Of a stretch of DNA of 32,000 bases, positions 29,923 to 32,000 are shown piece by piece. Location: the NCBI GenBank assembly GCA_026387835.1, contig JAPLKZ010000010.1, forward strand, positions 331,716 through 363,715, written 5' to 3'. Both the position numbers and the translations under genes were made by a program. The stretch comes from Candidatus Saganbacteria bacterium. GTDB lineage: Bacteria; Margulisbacteria; WOR-1; JAKLHX01. Positions within the stretch are counted from its first letter, which is position 1. Each line of letters starts with the position of its first letter. The notes below the pieces were generated by a model. The model was not told the origin of the DNA. It saw only the letters and a list, made by a program, of their open reading frames with translations, and did not search any database.

Positions 29923-30122
29923 GATTATCTCCTTCTTTCTATTTATTAAATAAGACAGTATTAGTTATAGTCGCTGTGCATTTGTTGATAACTTTTTTAT
30001 TTAAATAACAAAAGCAAAAAACACAATCGCAGCCAACAACAAACTGTTGACGCGCACAGGACAAACTATGGACAACTATTAATATTTTTTCTCACCCCCC
30101 TTTTCAACAGGTTCCCAACACT
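29923..30122. other. AT-rich dnaA-dnaN spacer with degenerate DnaA boxes (possible second origin/regulatory segment)
   Basis: TGTTGATAA at 29983-29991 has 1 mismatch to TGTGGATAA. TATGGACAA at 30067-30075 and TTTTCAACA at 30101-30109 have 2 mismatches each. They are flanked by A/T tracts. Confidence 0.4.
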
Positions 30123-31490
30123 TTACTGACAAAGAGACTTGACCAGCTGAGTTATAGTATTTACCGCACCCGCGATATCCTTGTCGTCTTTAATACAGGC
30201 GCGTATTTTTTCTATCGCATGCATGACCGTAGTATGGTCCCTTCCGCCGAAAGAACTGCCGATCTTGGGAAGAGAAGCGCTGGTGAGCTCCCTTGACAGG
30301 AACATGGCTATCTGACGTGCGGTAGCGATCTCCCTTGTGCGGGTTTTTGCGGACATATCGTCGATCTTCAGGCTATAATAGTCCGCCGTAGCTTTTTTGA
30401 TCATTTCTATGGTTACCGGCGGCTTGCTTTTCGCAGGAGAAAAGATGTCTTTCAGAAACTCTTCCGCGTTCGAAGAAGTGATGTCCCGGCTTTCTATGGC
30501 GCTATGCGCGATCAGCCTGATAAGCGCCCCCTCGAGCTCCCTGATATTAGCCGTTATTTTTGTCGCGATAAGCGTAAGGACATCATCCGGCACGGAGATC
30601 TCTTCCAATTCGGCCTTTTTCTTCAGGATCGCAACGCGCGTCTCAAAATCAGGCTGCTGAATATCGGCGATCAGCCCCCACTCAAACCGGTTCCTTAACC
30701 TTTCCTCTACGTCTTCGATCTCCTTTGGAGGCCGGTCGTTGCTGATAATTATCTGTTTATTGGCTTCATAAAGTGCGTTGAATGTGTGAAAGAATTCCTC
30801 CTGGGTCCGTTCTTTTCCTTTTATGAACTGAATGTCATCAATCATAAGCACGTCCACGCCGCGGTATTTGTTACGAAAAGCATTCATCCTGTCGTACCTG
30901 ATGGAATCTATGACCTCGTTTGTGAATTTTTCGGATGTAAGATAGGCGACCTTGGCCTTGGGATTGGTCTTTAGTATATGAAAACCTACGGCCTGCATCA
31001 AATGGGTCTTTCCCAGCCCTACCCCGCCGTATAAGAACAAAGGATTATATGCTTTGCCGGGCGACTCGGAAACGGCAAGTGTCGCCGCATGGGCAAACCT
31101 GTTGCCGTGGCCGACAACAAAATTGTCGAAAGTATACCTCGGATTAAGGAAAGGCGCGGTGATGACCGCGGACTTTAAAGATGCCGGGTTTTTTTCTTTC
31201 TCGTCGTCCATGTCCGAAAGATCATCTCTGGGTATGACCACAAATTTGATCGCCCTTACATTGCCGCCCCCGGATTCATTTATCGACAGCAGGATCGAAG
31301 AATCGCATTTTTTTTCGATCAGCCAGTCCTGAGAAAAGACATTAGGGACGGCAAGAAGAAGGATCCCGTCTTCTATGGCGATAGGCCTTGTAGATGAGAT
31401 AATGGTTTCGTAGATGGGCTTACTTAATCGCTTGATCAAAGCAGCCGACGCCCTTGACCAGAGATCTTTCAAAGCCGTTTCAGTAGTCAT
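30123..31490 (-). CDS. dnaA: chromosomal replication initiator DnaA
   Basis: 455 aa with Walker A GGVGLGKTHLMQA, a box VII-like region and the C-terminal DNA-binding domain (RTREIATARQIAMFLSRELT...GGRDHTTVMHA). Confidence 0.96.
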   Translation of the reverse strand: MTTETALKDLWSRASAALIKRLSKPIYETIISSTRPIAIEDGILLLAVPNVFSQDWLIEKKCDSSILLSINESGGGNVRAIKFVVIPRDDLSDMDDEKEKNPASLKSAVITAPFLNPRYTFDNFVVGHGNRFAHAATLAVSESPGKAYNPLFLYGGVGLGKTHLMQAVGFHILKTNPKAKVAYLTSEKFTNEVIDSIRYDRMNAFRNKYRGVDVLMIDDIQFIKGKERTQEEFFHTFNALYEANKQIIISNDRPPKEIEDVEERLRNRFEWGLIADIQQPDFETRVAILKKKAELEEISVPDDVLTLIATKITANIRELEGALIRLIAHSAIESRDITSSNAEEFLKDIFSPAKSKPPVTIEMIKKATADYYSLKIDDMSAKTRTREIATARQIAMFLSRELTSASLPKIGSSFGGRDHTTVMHAIEKIRACIKDDKDIAGAVNTITQLVKSLCQ

Positions 31491-31769
31491 AATTTATTAC
31501 AAATTATCCACAGACAGCATCTCATTAATAATCATTTAATGCTACCTCTTTGATATAAAACATCATCAAATTTACCCTTTAATATGAACAAAAACCAAAG
31601 TTATCAACAACCATATCCACAGGCAGCAAAAAGTTGTGGAAAACCAGAAAACGACTAGCATTAATATTTACTGAAACAATCATATTCTTTCAAAGATATT
31701 ATAACACACAAAACCGCCGTTTGCTTGACATAAAACAGATGAATATGTATAATAAAAACACAGGGGAAT
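31491..31769. other. candidate oriC (DnaA-box cluster plus AT-rich stretch) between divergent dnaA and rpmH
   Basis: A perfect TTATCCACA lies at 31504-31512. One-mismatch boxes are TTATCAACA (31601-31609), ATATCCACA (31613-31621) and TGTGGAAAA (31635-31643, reverse orientation). An AT-rich stretch spans 31520-31600. Confidence 0.6.
31725..31753 (+). promoter_or_regulatory. perfect-consensus sigma70 promoter for rpmH
   Basis: TTGACA at 31725-31730, a 17-bp spacer, and TATAAT at 31748-31753. An AGGGG SD precedes the ATG at 31770. Confidence 0.7.
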
Positions 31770-31907
31770 ATGGTAAAAAGAACTTTTAAACCGAGCAACA
31801 TCCACAGAAAAAGAGTGCACGGATTCATGTCAAAAAACTCCAGCATGGCCGGAAGAAAGGTCTTGTCAAGAAGGCGCAAAAAGGGAAGAAGCCGGCTTGC
31901 CCCTTGA
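31770..31907 (+). CDS. rpmH: 50S ribosomal protein L34
   Basis: Translated by hand as [45 protein letters not shown] (45 aa). This is the canonical L34 pattern. It falls below the ORF-track length cutoff. Confidence 0.93.
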   Translation: MVKRTFKPSNIHRKRVHGFMSKNSSMAGRKVLSRRRKKGRSRLAP

Positions 31908-31942
31908 AAAATGATCGTTCACGCTCAAAAGCATCCCCGGGC

Positions 31943-32000
31943 ATGAATACAAAAGACAGAAAGTTCTTCGGAGACATTGCGACCGTTAAACTGCTGAACC
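31943..32000 (+). CDS. possible 5' end of rnpA (RNase P protein), truncated by the window edge
   Basis: The call rests only on synteny (rnpA normally follows rpmH) and a frame open to the window end (MNTKDRKFFGDIATVKLLN). The start could also be the TTG at 31904. The sequence is too short to confirm. Confidence 0.25.
   Translation, partial: MNTKDRKFFGDIATVKLLN

Overview
Densely coded bacterial chromosome segment ending at the replication origin. No CRISPR array, transposase, integrase, rRNA or tRNA is visible.

Gene content, left to right:
- Cytosolic group-3-like [NiFe]-hydrogenase module: small subunit 3' end, large subunit, maturation protease and a ferredoxin.
- Ribonucleotide reductase island: short class II nrdJ, nrdR, long nrdJ with a TSCPD domain and zinc-ribbon tail, and a corrinoid adenosyltransferase.
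- An orphan FGE-sulfatase-like protein.
- A tightly packed minus-strand operon: Rrf2 regulator, metY, cysK, metX, metW, thiS, thiF and a small CxxCP membrane protein.
- A frameshifted PPC/DUF296 gene, nth, a 413-aa unknown (mutarotase-like?) protein and gpmI.
- An Rrf2/nifS/nifU/mnmA Fe-S cluster, nadA, a VanZ protein and a frameshifted GerMN gene.
- The origin block: gyrA, gyrB, a DUF721/DciA-like gene, dnaN, dnaA, a DnaA-box cluster, rpmH (missing from the ORF track) and possibly the rnpA start.

I do not see an unambiguous brand-new system. The best candidates for a second look are:
- the ThiS/ThiF sulfur-carrier pair embedded in a Cys/Met operon with a co-translated CxxCP membrane protein;
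- the dual nrdJ / nrdR / adenosyltransferase island, with an odd terminator directly abutting the first nrdJ;
- GyrA with a ~110-aa Lys/Glu-rich N-terminal extension whose first codons form a perfect 23-bp GC-rich palindrome right after the gyrB stop;
- a recurrent leaderless promoter architecture;
- a micro-ORF plus hairpin leader upstream of metY.

All functional calls rest on motif recognition by eye. No database search was run.
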